64,000 bases of DNA from the human T2T-CHM13v2.0 reference genome, Homo sapiens: assembly GCF_009914755.1 (NCBI RefSeq), contig NC_060930.1; one strand, given 5' to 3'. A program made the position numbers and the translations under genes. Below are positions 12,016 through 27,487 of this stretch, piece after piece. The notes beneath the pieces were generated by a model that saw nothing but the letters and a program-made list of their open reading frames with translations, was not told the DNA's origin and searched no databases. The first letter of the stretch is position 1. The number at the start of each line of letters is the position of its first letter.

Positions 12016-13597
12016 CAGAGAGAAAAATAGAAAGACAGAAAAAGAGATTGAAGGGGATGGGAATTAAAGTCAGAAAATCTTTAAAATTGCCTAAGATAAT
12101 GCAATGATATTAAAAGGATTCTAATTTGATAAATAATGCTAAGAAGTCAGACATTTGATGTCTATCTGGAAACTGCCCAGCACTTTTAACCCAAGTTCTG
12201 ATTTGATCTCAGAGCCCTCCAGTGTTTGATACACGATGCACCTAAATCCTCCTGTTTTCAGTGCTGTTCCCAGAAAAACAAATAAAAAATTATTGTCATA
12301 TTATACTGAAACTAGACCTTGGAGAGCGTATATTCAATTCCCACATTTATGAGATGAGGAAGGGGCTATATATACAAACAGTATTTCAGAAGCCGAAATC
12401 ATACTATTTATTTTGAAATTTCACCCTTTATATTTTTCCTGAGTGTCAAAATTCAGCAATTACCATTTTGATATAAATAAGATCCACTCTTATTTAAAAT
12501 GTATAATTAAGGTGTATCTATACTGATTGGGACCAAATTATCACTCGGTAATGTAAACATGATGCTTTAAATATACATTTACATCTTGGAATTATTTTAG
12601 AACAGATGCTTTGGCAATTAAAATGCAAGTATTTTTTAATCAAAGCCTGTACTTATGACAATTCCTTGATGCCCCCTACTGGCCATAACATTATCATCCA
12701 GTGTACATATGAATTCTTTCTGCATGACCTTCTAATCTGCTTCATAATATGCCTGAACACTGGGAAGGCTGACTTGGGGAATAAAATAAGTAAATAAAGG
12801 GCTACACAAAATACAAAAATGCATCAAAAACATTAAGCCAATAATATAAACCCAAAACAAATCATTACTGGGTAAATTTTCAAATCATTACTGGGTAAAC
12901 CAGTTTCACTTAATATTTAATTTACGAAGCATAATAATCATGAAGTGAATTTTGTTCTTATTTTTAAATTTTCCGATTGCATCAGACTCTATAAGAATGG
13001 TCTATTGAGAAGTGCAGGCAACATAAAAATATGAGTAAATGCCCTAACCAGTCAGATAACTTTAAGACCCAAGTGAACTTAACTAAAATACATTCCTAGT
13101 TCCCATACAATTTTATACACACACGTACTCATGCACACACACTGAACACCCTGCATGGCATAAATATCATACTTTTGACCCAAAGAAAAATCATGACCCC
13201 TACAATAAACCAAATTATGGTTAGCCTAATGCTATAACCAATTAAATCCCTGATAGCCCTCCATGACCAACTCCCACCACCACCAACACATCATCTCTGG
13301 AGCCCCTGGGTTTCCCAGCCTCTCATAGACAAGTTTATCAAAACATTCCCCATATGAAGACCCACCAGGCCCTACTTCCCAAACAACCACTTTTGAGACC
13401 CACCATCTACTCATGTTGAACACCCTAAAGGGCGTTCCTGAGCCATCTTTGCTGCCAGTCAGATCTGAGACCTTATGCTCCCTGTATCACACCTCTTCCT
13501 ATCCCCGAGGACCCTGGCTCCTAGTCCCAGAGTTCTCTTTTGATTTCTGCACCCCCCACCCTTTTTCTACCTGTCCCTCACATCCCAGCCCAATGGC

Positions 13598-14009
13598 TGT
13601 ATTCATTTCTAGGGCTACCATAACAAAATGCCATGGTCTGGTGGCTTAAATGATGGAAATGTATTTTCTTACAATCCTGGAGGCCAGAAGTTCAAGATCA
13701 GGATGTCAGCAGGTTTGGTTTCTCCCAAGGCCTCTCTCCTTGGCTTACAGATGGCTTCTGTCTCACTGCATCTTCATATGGTCTTTCCTCTGTGCACGCA
13801 CAACTCTGGTGTCTCCCTGTGTGTCCAAATTTGCTCTTCCTGTAGGGACACCAGTCAGATCAGATAGGGCCGACCCTACCAGCCTCATTTAACTTAATCA
13901 CCTCTTTAAGGACCTTTTCTCCAAATTCAGTCACTTTCTGAGGTGTGAGGCCTTATGGTTTTAACACATGAATTTGGAGATGCGGGGGCCACAATGTAGC
14001 TCATAATAC
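13598..14009 (-). mobile_element. MLT1A/B-type MaLR solo LTR
   Basis: TGTATTCATTTCTAGGGCTACCATAACAAAATGCC...GGAGGCCAGAAGTTCAAGATCAGG... Confidence 0.88.
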
Positions 14010-14130
14010 CAATAGACACCTAATAACAGGCCTCATGGTGTAGAACCTCGTGTCCATGTGGTAAGCGTGGAGCCCCTTCCCCACTGCCCTGCCCATAGAT
14101 TGAGTGCCTCCTATCTGGGATGAAAGCTGA

Positions 14131-14474
14131 GGTTGGTTGGTTGGTTGGTTGGTTGGTCGGTCGGTCGGTCGGTCGGTCGGTCGGTTGGTTGGTTTTAGAG
14201 ACAGGAGTCTCGCTCTGTCACCCATGCTGGAGTGCAGTGGCATGATCATAGCTTACTGTAGTCTCAAACACCTGGACTCAGGTGATCCTCCCACCTCAGC
14301 CCCCTGAGTAGCTGGGACTACAGGCATACGCCACCTCGCCTGGCTAATTTTTTTTTTCTAGAGACAGGGTCTCACTATATTGCTCAGACTGGTCCAAATT
14401 CCTGGCATCAAACGATCCTCCCATCTTAGGCTCCCAAGGTGCTAGAATTACAGGCATGAGCCACCACACCTGGC
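14131..14474 (-). mobile_element. AluJ with compound (AACC)n(GACC)n tail
   Basis: Reverse Alu; TSD TGAAAGCTGA at 14121-14130 and 14475-14484. Confidence 0.95.
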
Positions 14475-14679
14475 TGAAAGCTGACGTTCTGATTGTTGCT
14501 TGGCTCTATTCAAAGTTTCCCCTTCCCCGAATGCAGAATCTTTTCAGCCTGGAAAATGTCCCCACAGTTAATGTAGACCATTAAATATATCCATTCCTCT
14601 GGTCTACTGGATGTGTCTCAGGCTGAATCACAGGTTCATCTACCTCACCTACACCATGTTGACAAAATATTACCACTAA

Positions 14680-14940
14680 TTATAATAACGGTGTTAAAAC
14701 CTTTATTGAGTTCTAACCACGTCCCAGACACTTTGACAAGCACTTCTCATGCATAATCGTCACTATAATCCTGTAGATTTGATGCATAATAGATGATCAA
14801 TAATTATATGAAGAAATTAATGAATGAATGCTATCACTGTGCTTATTTTATGGTTGAGGATATATAGACTCATAGAAACTAAGTAGCTTGCTCATGGTCC
14901 TGTAGCCAGTAAATGGCAGAGCTGGTTCTCTTCACCATGC
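14680..14940 (-). mobile_element. MIR fragments
   Basis: TTTATTGAGTTCTAACCACGTCCCAGACACT...AAGTAGCTTGCTCATGGTCC...AGTAAATGGCAGAGCTGG. Confidence 0.7.
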
Positions 14941-15164
14941 CTCATGCACTGCCATGCCTTGTGCACATCCCCAGAGTTGCAGCAGCCAAGCCATCTAGTG
15001 CCTTGTCTCCTTAGGACTCAATCTTGAATATTAGCTCATGCTTCAAAGATACGGGACAAGTAAAAATTGTTCTATGACATTCAAAATCAAAACTCAAGTG
15101 CTAGACAGGCACACTTACATAGACAGGGTAAGAGATATATTTAAGATTGAAAGCGTTTTATTGC

Positions 15165-15693
15165 TTTGGCAGTTTTAAAACATAGCTCTAAACTATATGA
15201 TACTACTCCCATCTTGAGGTGAGAGCTATGTCTCTTTTCTTTGAATCTAGATGAGTTTATGATTGACTAGACCAATAAAATAAAACAAAATTATACTTTG
15301 ACATCTGAGGCTAGGTCAGAAAAGACCATCAATTTTCCATCTGGTCTTCGAATGCTTGCTCTGGAAGAAGCCACCACCGTGTAAGTTGACCTACCCTGAG
15401 ACCACCATCCTGGAGAGCCCAGGTGTAAATGCTCTGATTGACAGTTCCAAGTGAGTTCCCAGCTGACAGCCAGCATCTACTTCCATGGGAATAAGCCATC
15501 TTGTAAGCCAAAGTGAGCCTTCGGAGGACTGCAGACCTAACTGACATCTGATAGCAAATGTGTGAGGCATCCTAAGCAAAAACTGCCTACCCAAACTCTT
15601 CTTGATTGCTAACAATTTTGTGGGCAAATAAATGGTGGTTGTGAGCCAGTACATTTTGGAGTAATTTCTTATACAGCAATAGTAATCAGAGTA
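15165..15693 (+). mobile_element. MLT1F-like MaLR solo LTR
   Basis: CTGAGGCTAGGTCAGAAAAGACC...CCCAGCTGACAGCCAGCATC...TTTTGGAGTAATTTCTTATACAGCAATAG. Confidence 0.8.
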
Positions 15694-16529
15694 TTCCCCC
15701 ACCAAATATTTATTTTTCTTGTTACCCTAAGCTCCTGAACAGTATCCTAAACACCGGAGAACCCTAACAATCATATCCAACTGTGCTTTGGATGTTTGTT
15801 AGATAAGTTTCCAACAAAGGCACATAGAAAACAAAAAAATTCATGAAACTGAAACAGAAGTACATAGACACATTTCTGAAAATTTAGGTTGATTGATTTT
15901 TACTTTTTAAAAAGCAATAAATAAAATATTGTTGTTTGGAATGAACACACGGAAAGCATAAATGGACTCAGGGCAAATGCACTCCAGAAAAACATGGAAG
16001 AGAGCCCTTATCCTCAGACCATTCTCATTTTTCAGACTATATGGATGACTTAAAGATGTCTTGATCGGCTGTCTCTGTATTTCCCTGATGCCAAATTCTG
16101 CTGCGGAGAATTCTCCTGAGGTACCTAGTCCCCTACACTTTAAATAGAGTACCCACCCAGGTATCCCAAAGCTCCTGTCCCTACTAGGGTGCTACCCACA
16201 AGGAGGACACAAGACTCTAACACTCATGAAAACAATCATCTCTATACCCTCCGTCTCAGGAAACTCAATGCCTAAAGGTTAGAATGCATGCCACTTCTCC
16301 TCAAGGCAAAAGTCTCCACCCCTCATCCAGAAAAATCTGTCCTCATTGACTTGAAAGTCCTCAGCCTTTGAAACTTAAAACCTCTCTCAGATTGTGCTTT
16401 CCAGGTATTAGTGTTTTTGGAAATTTCTTCATTAATCTCTGGCCCAAACAGACAGATGCATATACACAACCCACAATTGTTATTGTTTACTTTTTCCTGA
16501 TAGTATAGAAATTCCAAAGTTTAAAAATA

Positions 16530-17005
16530 CAACTAGTCACCAGTAACAGTGAGCACACTCAGTGCTCAGATCTTGGTTCCTAACACCATCCTCCAATAAA
16601 GGGAACTGGGGTGCCTTTAAGAAATGGCTGGTTCTACGGCTGGGGAAGGGAATATATAAAAAGAGTCTGAAGCATCTTGTAGTTCCAGAAAACAAAATGT
16701 GCCAAAAAACACAATGATAGGTGTATGTCGATGGGATACTGGAGCTGCCAATGGCCAAACCTAGACCAGTTTAAGCAACAAAGAAAATAACATAGTATTG
16801 GATTATAGCCAAAGTATAAAATAACTATCATGAGTCCATAAATATATAAATAAATGATTAAATAAATAAATGGGGTAAATAGAAAAATCTCCCATCAAGT
16901 TCTCCAAATAATGTAGATACTGCCCCTTCAAGAAGGCTCCCACTTCTTTAGTGTGGGCTGTGAAAAATGACTTTCTTCCAAAAAGTACAATGCAGAAAGG
17001 GAGGA
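16530..17005 (+). mobile_element. L1MD/L1MC-type 3' region fragment
   Basis: GTGAGCACACTCAGTGCTCAGATCTTGGTTCCTAACACCA...AGCATCTTGTAGTTCCAGAA...; ends abruptly at the L1PA. Confidence 0.7.
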
Positions 17006-19987
<2,982 letters not shown>

Positions 19988-20050
19988 TATGATGTTAGCT
20001 GATTATTTTGCCCGTTAGTTGATGCAGTTTCTTCCTAGCCTTGATGGTCT

Positions 20051-21065
20051 TTACAATTTGGCATGTTTTTGCAGTGGCTGGTACTAGTTGTTCCTTTCCA
20101 TGTTTAGTGCTTCCTTCAGGAGCTCTTGTAGAGCAGGCCTGGTGGTGACAAATCTCTCAGCATTTGTTTGTCTGTAAAGGATTTTATTTCTACTTCACTT
20201 ATGAAGCTTAGTTTGGCTGGATATGAAATACTGGGTTGAAAATTCTTTTCTTTAAGAATGTTAAATATTGGCCCCCACTCTCTTCTGGCTTGTAGAGTTT
20301 CTGCCGAGAGATCAGGTGTTCGTCTGATCGGCTTCCCTTTGTGGGTAACCCAATCTTTCTCTCTGGCTGCCCTTAACATTTTTTCTTCATTTCAACTTTA
20401 GTGAATCTGACAATTATATGTCTTGGAGTTGCTCTTCTTGAGGAGTATCGTTGTGGCGTTCTCTGTATTTCCTGAATTTGAATATTGGCCTGCCTTGCTA
20501 GGTTGGGAAAGTTCTCCCGGGTAATATCCTGCAGAGTGTTTTCCAACTTGGTTCCATTCTCCCCGTCACTTTCAGTTACACCAATCAGACGTAGATTTGG
20601 TCTTTTCACATAGTTCCATATTTCTTGGAGGCTTTGTTTGTTTCTTTTTACTCTTTTTTCTCTAAACTTCTCTTCTCGCTTCATTTCATTCATTTGATCT
20701 TCAATCACTGATACCCTTTCTTCCAGTTGGTCGAATCGGCTACTGAAGCTTGTGCATTTGTCACGTAGTTCTCGTGCCATGGTTTTCAGCTCCATCAGGT
20801 CATTTAAGGACTTCTCTACACTGGTTATTCTAGTTAGCCATTCGTCTAATCTTTTTTCAATGTTGTTAGCTTCTTTGCATTGGGTTCGAACTTCCTCCTT
20901 TAGCTCGGAGTAGTTTGATCATCTGAAGCCTTCTTCTCTCAACTCATCAAAGTCATTCTCCATCCAGCTTTGTTCCATTGCTGGTGAGGAGCTGTGTTCC
21001 TTTGGAGAGGGATAGGTGCTCTGATTTTTAGAATTTTCAGCTTTTCTGCTCTGTTTTTTCCCCAT
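20051..21065 (-). pseudogene. L1 ORF1 remnant
   Basis: ATG GGG AAA AAA CAG at 21065; fragments ...KRPNLRLIGV...RATPRHIIVRF and ...ARREWGPIFNILKEKNFQP; frameshifted. Confidence 0.95.
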
Positions 21066-21639
21066 CTTTGTGGTTTTATCTACCTTTGGTCTTTGATGAT
21101 TGTGACGTACAGATGGGGTTTTGGTGTGGATGTCCTTTCTGTTTGTTAGTTTTCCTTCTAAAAGTCAGGACTCTCAGCTGCAGGTCTGTTGGAGTTTGCT
21201 GGAGGTCCACTCTAGATCCTGTTTGCCTGGATATCAGCAGCAGAGGCTGCAGAACAGCGAATATTGCTGAATAGCAAATGTTGCTGCCTGATCGTTCCTC
21301 TGGAAGCTTCATCTCAGAGGGGTACCTAGCCATGTGAGGTGTCAGTCTGCCCCTACTGGGAGGTGCCTCTCAGTTAAGGTACTCAGGGGTCAGGAACCCA
21401 CTTGAGGAGGCAGTCTGTCCATTCTCAGATCTCAAACACCCTGCTGGGAGAACCACTACTCTCTTCAAAGCTGTCAGACAGGGACATTTAAGTCTGCAGA
21501 GGTTTCTGCTACCTTTTGTTCAGCTATGCCCTGCCCCAGAGGTGGAGTCTTCAAAGGTATGCAGGCCTCCTTGAGCTGCAGTGGGCTCCACCCAGTTCAA
21601 GCTTCCCGGTTGCTTTGTTTACCTACTGAAGCCTCAGCA

Positions 21640-22107
21640 ATGGCGGGCACCCCTCCCCCAGCCTCACTGCCTTGCAGTTCGATCTCAGACTGCTGGGCTA
21701 GCAATGAGCGAGGCTCCATGGGTGTGGGACCCCCCGAGTCATGCATGGGACAAAATCTCCTGGTGTGCCATTTGCTAAGACCATTGGAAAAGGGCAGTAT
21801 TAGGGTGGGAGTGACCCAATTTTCCAGGTGCCATCTGTCACTGCTTCCCTTGGCTAGGAAAGGGAATTCTCTGACCCCTTGCGCTTCCCGGGTGAGGCAA
21901 TGCCTCGCCCTGCTTCGGGTCATGCTCAATGGGCTGCACCCACTGTCCTGCCCCCACTGTCCAATAAGCCCTAGTGAGATGAACCGGGTACCTCAGTTGG
22001 AAATGCAGAAATCATCTGTCTTCTGCATCGCTCATGCTGGGAGCTGTAGACTGGAGCTGTTCCTATTTGGCCATCTTGGAACTGCCCCCCAAATGCTGTA
22101 CTATTGA
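21640..22107 (+). CDS. L1 ORF0-homologous open frame (155 aa; 193 aa from the ATG at 21526); expression unknown
   Basis: MAGTPPPASLPCSSISDCWASN...IRVGVTQFSRC matches ORF0 (MAGAPPPASLPPCSLISDCCASN...IRVGVTRFSRC); Kozak context GCAATGG. Confidence 0.45.
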   Translation: MAGTPPPASLPCSSISDCWASNERGSMGVGPPESCMGQNLLVCHLLRPLEKGSIRVGVTQFSRCHLSLLPLARKGNSLTPCASRVRQCLALLRVMLNGLHPLSCPHCPISPSEMNRVPQLEMQKSSVFCIAHAGSCRLELFLFGHLGTAPQMLYY

Positions 22108-24196
22108 TGTGAACACTTTGCTAAGTTATACTCTCTAATATGTTTCCTGTAGATTGTCGTTTCATATGCATACCCTATAAAGAGCTCATATAATAAAATA
22201 GATGCCTAAGATAGCATTCGGTGTGTTTATTATCTGTGCTTAACTGTCTGCAGTATCTCACATTGCAATGCTCACAATTATAAAACATATTTTCCTGTTA
22301 TGCTTTTCTACCTTGATTGTAAGTTATTGATGACACATTTACATTTCATTTTTATTAATTCTATGAGATTTCTTTCCTCTTCACAATTCCAATTATTCTT
22401 CTTACAATTGAATATTAAATGGGACATTTCCTAATCTAATCTAGTTTCAGCAGAAACTAACAGATAACGGGTATCTCTACATTTTAGAGAGGCACCAAAT
22501 ACAGGACTGGCTAAAAAGCATCCAAAAAATCAAGATTATAACCCTTAGCACATCACCAGGATATAGGAGAGAAAGCTAAGAAATGACTTAAAGTTATTGG
22601 TGAGTCCTTCAAACAGAATTGTCAAGAGTGTCAGGCATTCCAACCCCAAACTCCACTCTGATTAGATAAGCACCTTCCCTTACCACTAGCTCAAGGACAG
22701 GGCTTTCAGAGGAATGCTCAGAGAGAAAGGTGGTGTTTTCTAGGAGGATAAAAGGTGAACAATGAGGAAGGGAACCCCCAACTGAACATGTACTGAGCTG
22801 CAGGCTTATGTTACTCTGTCCTGGCACAGCCATGAGAGAAAGTTTAACCTGAATCCTACAGAATTGGAGAGTAGGTACTGGGGCCTACCTTTTATATAGA
22901 AATTCTTAAAATGAGAAGCTGCCTGGAATGGCTTTAGGAGCCAGGAGATAAACCTGGGATGTGAGAAAGCTGCACTTGCACCCATCAGATGAAGAATGTT
23001 TCCAAAGGCCTGGGGTGAGTATGGCAGCAGGTAGTCAGGCTTGAGTGACCTCTAAGGGCCCTTACCCCAGAGGACTCCCTGAAGAGATACAGTGAGCCCA
23101 GCAGAAAGAGACTGCATAGTGTAGACTAGAAGGGACATCAGAAGGCTTTGGTAAGGGAAACGAAGCTGGTGTTCCTTAAAAGTCCATAAAATGCTCCATG
23201 AGAGAAAGAAACAGCATTTGGGCATGAGCCACACAGAGAGCACCAATTCCAGATTACAAGCCTACCAGCCAATGCAGAATTGCTTCTGCTAGCCATGACC
23301 AGAACTGATGTTGAAACTACAGCAACTATCCTACTAAAAGATACTTTTAACCTGAAAAAAAAAATCTTAATGGGTTCTGTTTGAATTGATAGATTTTTTT
23401 CTACGACAACAAGGTTAGAAACAGGTAGCATTTTGGAAGAAAGGGAGGGAGGAAAGAAGGGAATATTATTGTTATTATTGCACATCCTGTGGCAAAAAAT
23501 AGTGTCTGGCAGACCAGCTTTAATTTTAGAGTCACATTAATTGATATTTAAGAGAATGCAAATCCTAAAAGAGTCCTAGAAAACCTAAGTCAAAATCATA
23601 TTGATTCTGCCTGGAAACCAACTATTATATAAATACACATTGCAACACAGGATTATTCAGGAGAAAGAGCTTGTTGGCATAGCGTTAAATAATGCTCAGC
23701 AACCAAATGACAATCTACTCACTACACAAATACATGTGTCAGTCCCTGCTATCGTGAAGAGTTTGGTCACTCACAAACTTCAATTAGAGTTCATGAATCG
23801 ATGCTCTGTATTAAGAAACACGACTACTCTTATCAGCACAACAGTGTAGATTTCTTTAGGAAATTGTCTCCCAAATTTCTTATCCATGACCACAATTTAT
23901 AATAGTCCTTGCCAAAGTATTGCCAAGAAACTCCTCCCTAAAATTTGAGAACGGCATGTACACCATGATGACAAAAGTCAAGATCTGAGACCTCACACTT
24001 TTAAAAGTAATTTTATTATAAATTTTAAAGTTATTATTAAAATTTTATCAGAAATTCTGAAGTAATTTTCTTAGCAATTTTATTAGAAAACCCTAGATAC
24101 TTCCCATGCGTAGAACTTAGTTATAGACAACAAGGCAAATTAGGCAGCTCTAAGCCACAGCCCAAATGACCTAATGTCTTTCATTTTGAAGGTTAC

Positions 24197-24595
24197 TGTC
24201 TGAATGAGTCTGCTCAGGTTGCCATTGCAAAATACCACAGACAGCCTGGATTAAACTACAGAAATGTATTTTCTCATAGTTCTGGAGGCTAGAAGTTCAA
24301 GATCAAGGTAGTGGCAAATTCTGTTTCTGGTGAGGTCTCTCTTTCTGGCTTGTAGACAGCCACCTCCCAAGTCCTCACACAACCTTTCCTTTGTGTTTGG
24401 GTGGAGGGGGAGAGAGCTTTCTGGTGTCTCCTTCCCTTCTTATAAGGACATCCCTCCTATTGGATTAGAGCCTCATGCTTATAACCTCATTTAACCTTAA
24501 TTACCTCCCTAAAATCCCCATCTCCTAAATGCAGTCACACTGGGGCTTAGGGCTTTGACATATGATTTGAAAGGATCATATTTTAGTCCATAATA
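24197..24595 (-). mobile_element. MLT1A/B-type MaLR solo LTR
   Basis: CAAAATACCACAGAC...CATAGTTCTGGAGGCTAGAAGTTCAAGATCAAGG...CTCATTTAACCTTAATTACCTC. Confidence 0.88.
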
Positions 24596-24880
24596 CTAAC
24601 TTTTATAGAATAACAGAACCCTGATTAGTGTAAGAATGGCCAGAATAAAAATACAGAGTTTAATTCTCTTCTCTAGCTCTAAGTTGTTCTAAGTTCTCTG
24701 AGTTCTAAGACACCTTTCTTCAAAATAATGTATCATTTATTCAGATGCCATTAATTTGATATTGGTGTTATCCCAAATGGAGAATCTGAAACTTCCATCT
24801 GTACCATATACCCAAAAGGAATAATTGCAAGCATTACCATGAGTGCAGCAGAATTCGAGTACCAAAAGGAAATAAATTTT

Positions 24881-25180
24881 GGCTAGGTATGGTGGCTCAT
24901 GTCTACAGAGATTACAATCCCAGCACTTTTGGAGGCTGAGGTGGTCGGATTACCTGAGGTCAGGAGTTCAAGACCAACCTGGCCAACATGGTGAAACCTC
25001 ATCTCTACTAAAAATACAAACAAAAAAAATTAGCTGAGCATGGTGGCAGGCACCTGTAATCCCAGCTACTCAGGAGGCTGAGGCAGGAGAATCGCTTGAA
25101 TCCAGGAGGCGGGGATTGCAGTGAGCTGAGATTGCACGATTGCACTACAGCCTGGGCAACAAGAGCGAGGCTCTGTCTCA
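24881..25180 (+). mobile_element. Alu (AluS-type)
   Basis: Dimeric Alu with a small insertion near the 5' end. Confidence 0.95.
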
Positions 25181-25195
25181 AAAAGAAAGAAAGAA

Positions 25196-25266
<71 letters not shown>

Positions 25267-25330
25267 GAAGAAAGGAAGAAAGAGAGAAAGAGAGAAAGAG
25301 AGAAAGAGAGAAAGAGAAAGAAAGAAAAAT
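25181..25330 (+). repeat. (GAAA)n tetranucleotide microsatellite (Alu tail)
   Basis: Long pure GAAA run plus GA-rich variants. Confidence 0.97.
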
Positions 25331-25547
25331 AAATCAGCTGCCACCACTGGTATATAAGTAATGAGCTGATTTCCAATTATTCTGATCTGGCCATAAGAGC
25401 AGGTTGGCAGGCTCTTCCTTCAGGCACCATTCATCCTTAACCAAATAACTAAAAAAATAGTGTTCAGTCCTCAAATCTTAAAAAAAATAAAATTCTTTTT
25501 TAACATTTCTGGGTCCCTGATGTGCACAAGTCAAACCCAAGTCTCTT

Positions 25548-25908
25548 TATAGAAATAAAGAGTAGAACAGAGGCTACTAGAGGTTGGGAAGGGTAGGGGG
25601 TAGGGAGGGATAAGAAAAGATTTGTTAAAGGATACAAAATGACAGCTAGATAGGACCAATAAGTTTTAGTTTTCTGTAGCACTGTAGGATAACTTAACAA
25701 TAATGTGTTGTGTATGTTCAAAGATCTAGAAGAGAGGATATTGAATGTTTCTAACACAAAGACTGATAAATATTTGAAATGGATATGCTAATTATCTTGA
25801 TTTCATCATTATACATTGTATCAAAATGTCACCATGTACCCCATAAATATATACAATTGTTACATGTCGATAAAAATAAATAAATAAATGTTTAAAAAAA
25901 AAAAAAAC
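25548..25908 (+). mobile_element. L1MA 3' end
   Basis: AGAGTAGAACAGAGGCTACTAGAGG...ATGGATATGCTAATTATCTTGATTT...CATGTACCCCATAAATATATACAATT plus A tail. Confidence 0.88.
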
Positions 25909-26618
25909 AAGATCTTCATTTGGATAGCCAAGGCCCTCCTTAATCCATCTTTATTTAAGAACTTGGCACCAGTTCCCATTACTCCCAAGTATGACCCCCT
26001 GGTCACTCTTCTTTTGGCTCTGGGCATCCCATGAAAGTTTGATTCCTGGATTGCTCCTTTTGTTCTTGGTACCTCAGGACCTTGCACTTTGGAATGAATT
26101 TTAACAAAGCAGAATCTAGAAATTAGAGACTCTTCAGTGCTTAAGACTCTATCTATGATTTAGAGTCTCAATTCCTTAGTGACTTCCATTTCAAGAGTTC
26201 CCACTTCCTGTTTTACCTCATGTCCCACTTCCTTGAAGAACTCCTATTTCTTAGCCATTTTTGTGGAATTAACTCTTCTTTCATTTCAAGATCCATGCTA
26301 CCCACTCTAGCTATGCAGTACAGCTCTTATTTCTAGTACTTTTTCATAAGCAGGTCTTAAAATGCAGTATAAATTCCTACAACGGAGGCACTATTGACTT
26401 TTAAACATCAAAAGAGCTCAACACTTTGTGGAATCATAATTCAATAAATATTTTTCTCATCAAAGTGACTTGAATTCAATTCAAATCAACCTTCCCAAAT
26501 AATGTTCTCCTTCAAATCAACCTTCTCAAATAATATTAATTACTGAAGCTGGTCTGCATCTGGAAAATTATTTAAGCTTGACATCACAGTCAATTCTGGA
26601 ACAACAAGTACGTGACAG

Positions 26619-27487
26619 TGATAGCAACAGGAGGCAGAGAAATTTTAGGCAGACAGGGGCGGGTCCCTGACAAAACCCCACCTTCAAACCAAAAAGCCTA
26701 AAACCCACAGCCCAAAGTGAGAACTTCTATGCCTGTTTTCTTGCTCAAATGTTGCCTTTTCCTAAAGTACTCATGGCCCACCCTGCCCCCTATCCTGTGC
26801 CTATAAAGACCCCAGACTCAGTCAGAGAGAAGGGGTGAAGCAGCTGGACATTGGAAAGAAGTGATTTGAATTCAGAGGAATGGCTTGACAGCTTGACTTT
26901 GGAGAAGAGTCTGGCTGGAGACAGCCAGACTTGAGAGGAAGGTTACCTGCCCATCCCATCCCCTTTCCAGCTCCCTTTCCCATTGAGAGCCACTTTCAGC
27001 ATTCAATAAAATCCTCCACATTTACCATCCTTCAACTCGTTTGTGTGACCTCATTTTTCCTGGACAGTAGACAAGAACCCAGGAGCCATGACTGTGGATA
27101 CCCAAAAAAAAAAAAGAGGTTGTCACACTGGCCCTTTACCCTAACTAGTGGAGGACAACTGCCCCATGTGACAAGGCAAAGGGCCCACTGAGCTGTTAAC
27201 ACTTAAGCCGTCCATGAATGGCAGAGCTGAAACAGCACTGTAACATGCCCTCTGGGGCTTCAGGGATCACAGGCACCCCCACCTGGATGCTGCCATGGGG
27301 CCTGCACAGAATTTGCACCTGCTGCCACCCAAAAGTGGTTGGCTGGTTCCCACACTCTCTCACTACAGTTCCTGCACTCATTTGCTCATACACTCCCTCC
27401 CACTAGGAATAGACAGGGGCGGGCTGAGTAAATGAGGCATCCCTGTCCTGAGTCCCACAAAGGGGTCAAGAAAATATCCTGCATCTA
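26619..27487 (+). mobile_element. ERV1 solo LTR (LTR1/LTR27/LTR28/MER52 group)
   Basis: TGATAGCAACAGGAGGCAG start; CCTATAAAGACCCCAG TATA; CAATAAAATCCTCC poly-A signal; ends GGGGTCAAGAAAATATCCTGCATC. Confidence 0.85.

Noticed and set aside
25008-25376. KERK/FLSF repeat ORFs (similar ones at 5507-5779)
   Set aside because: Translations of microsatellites
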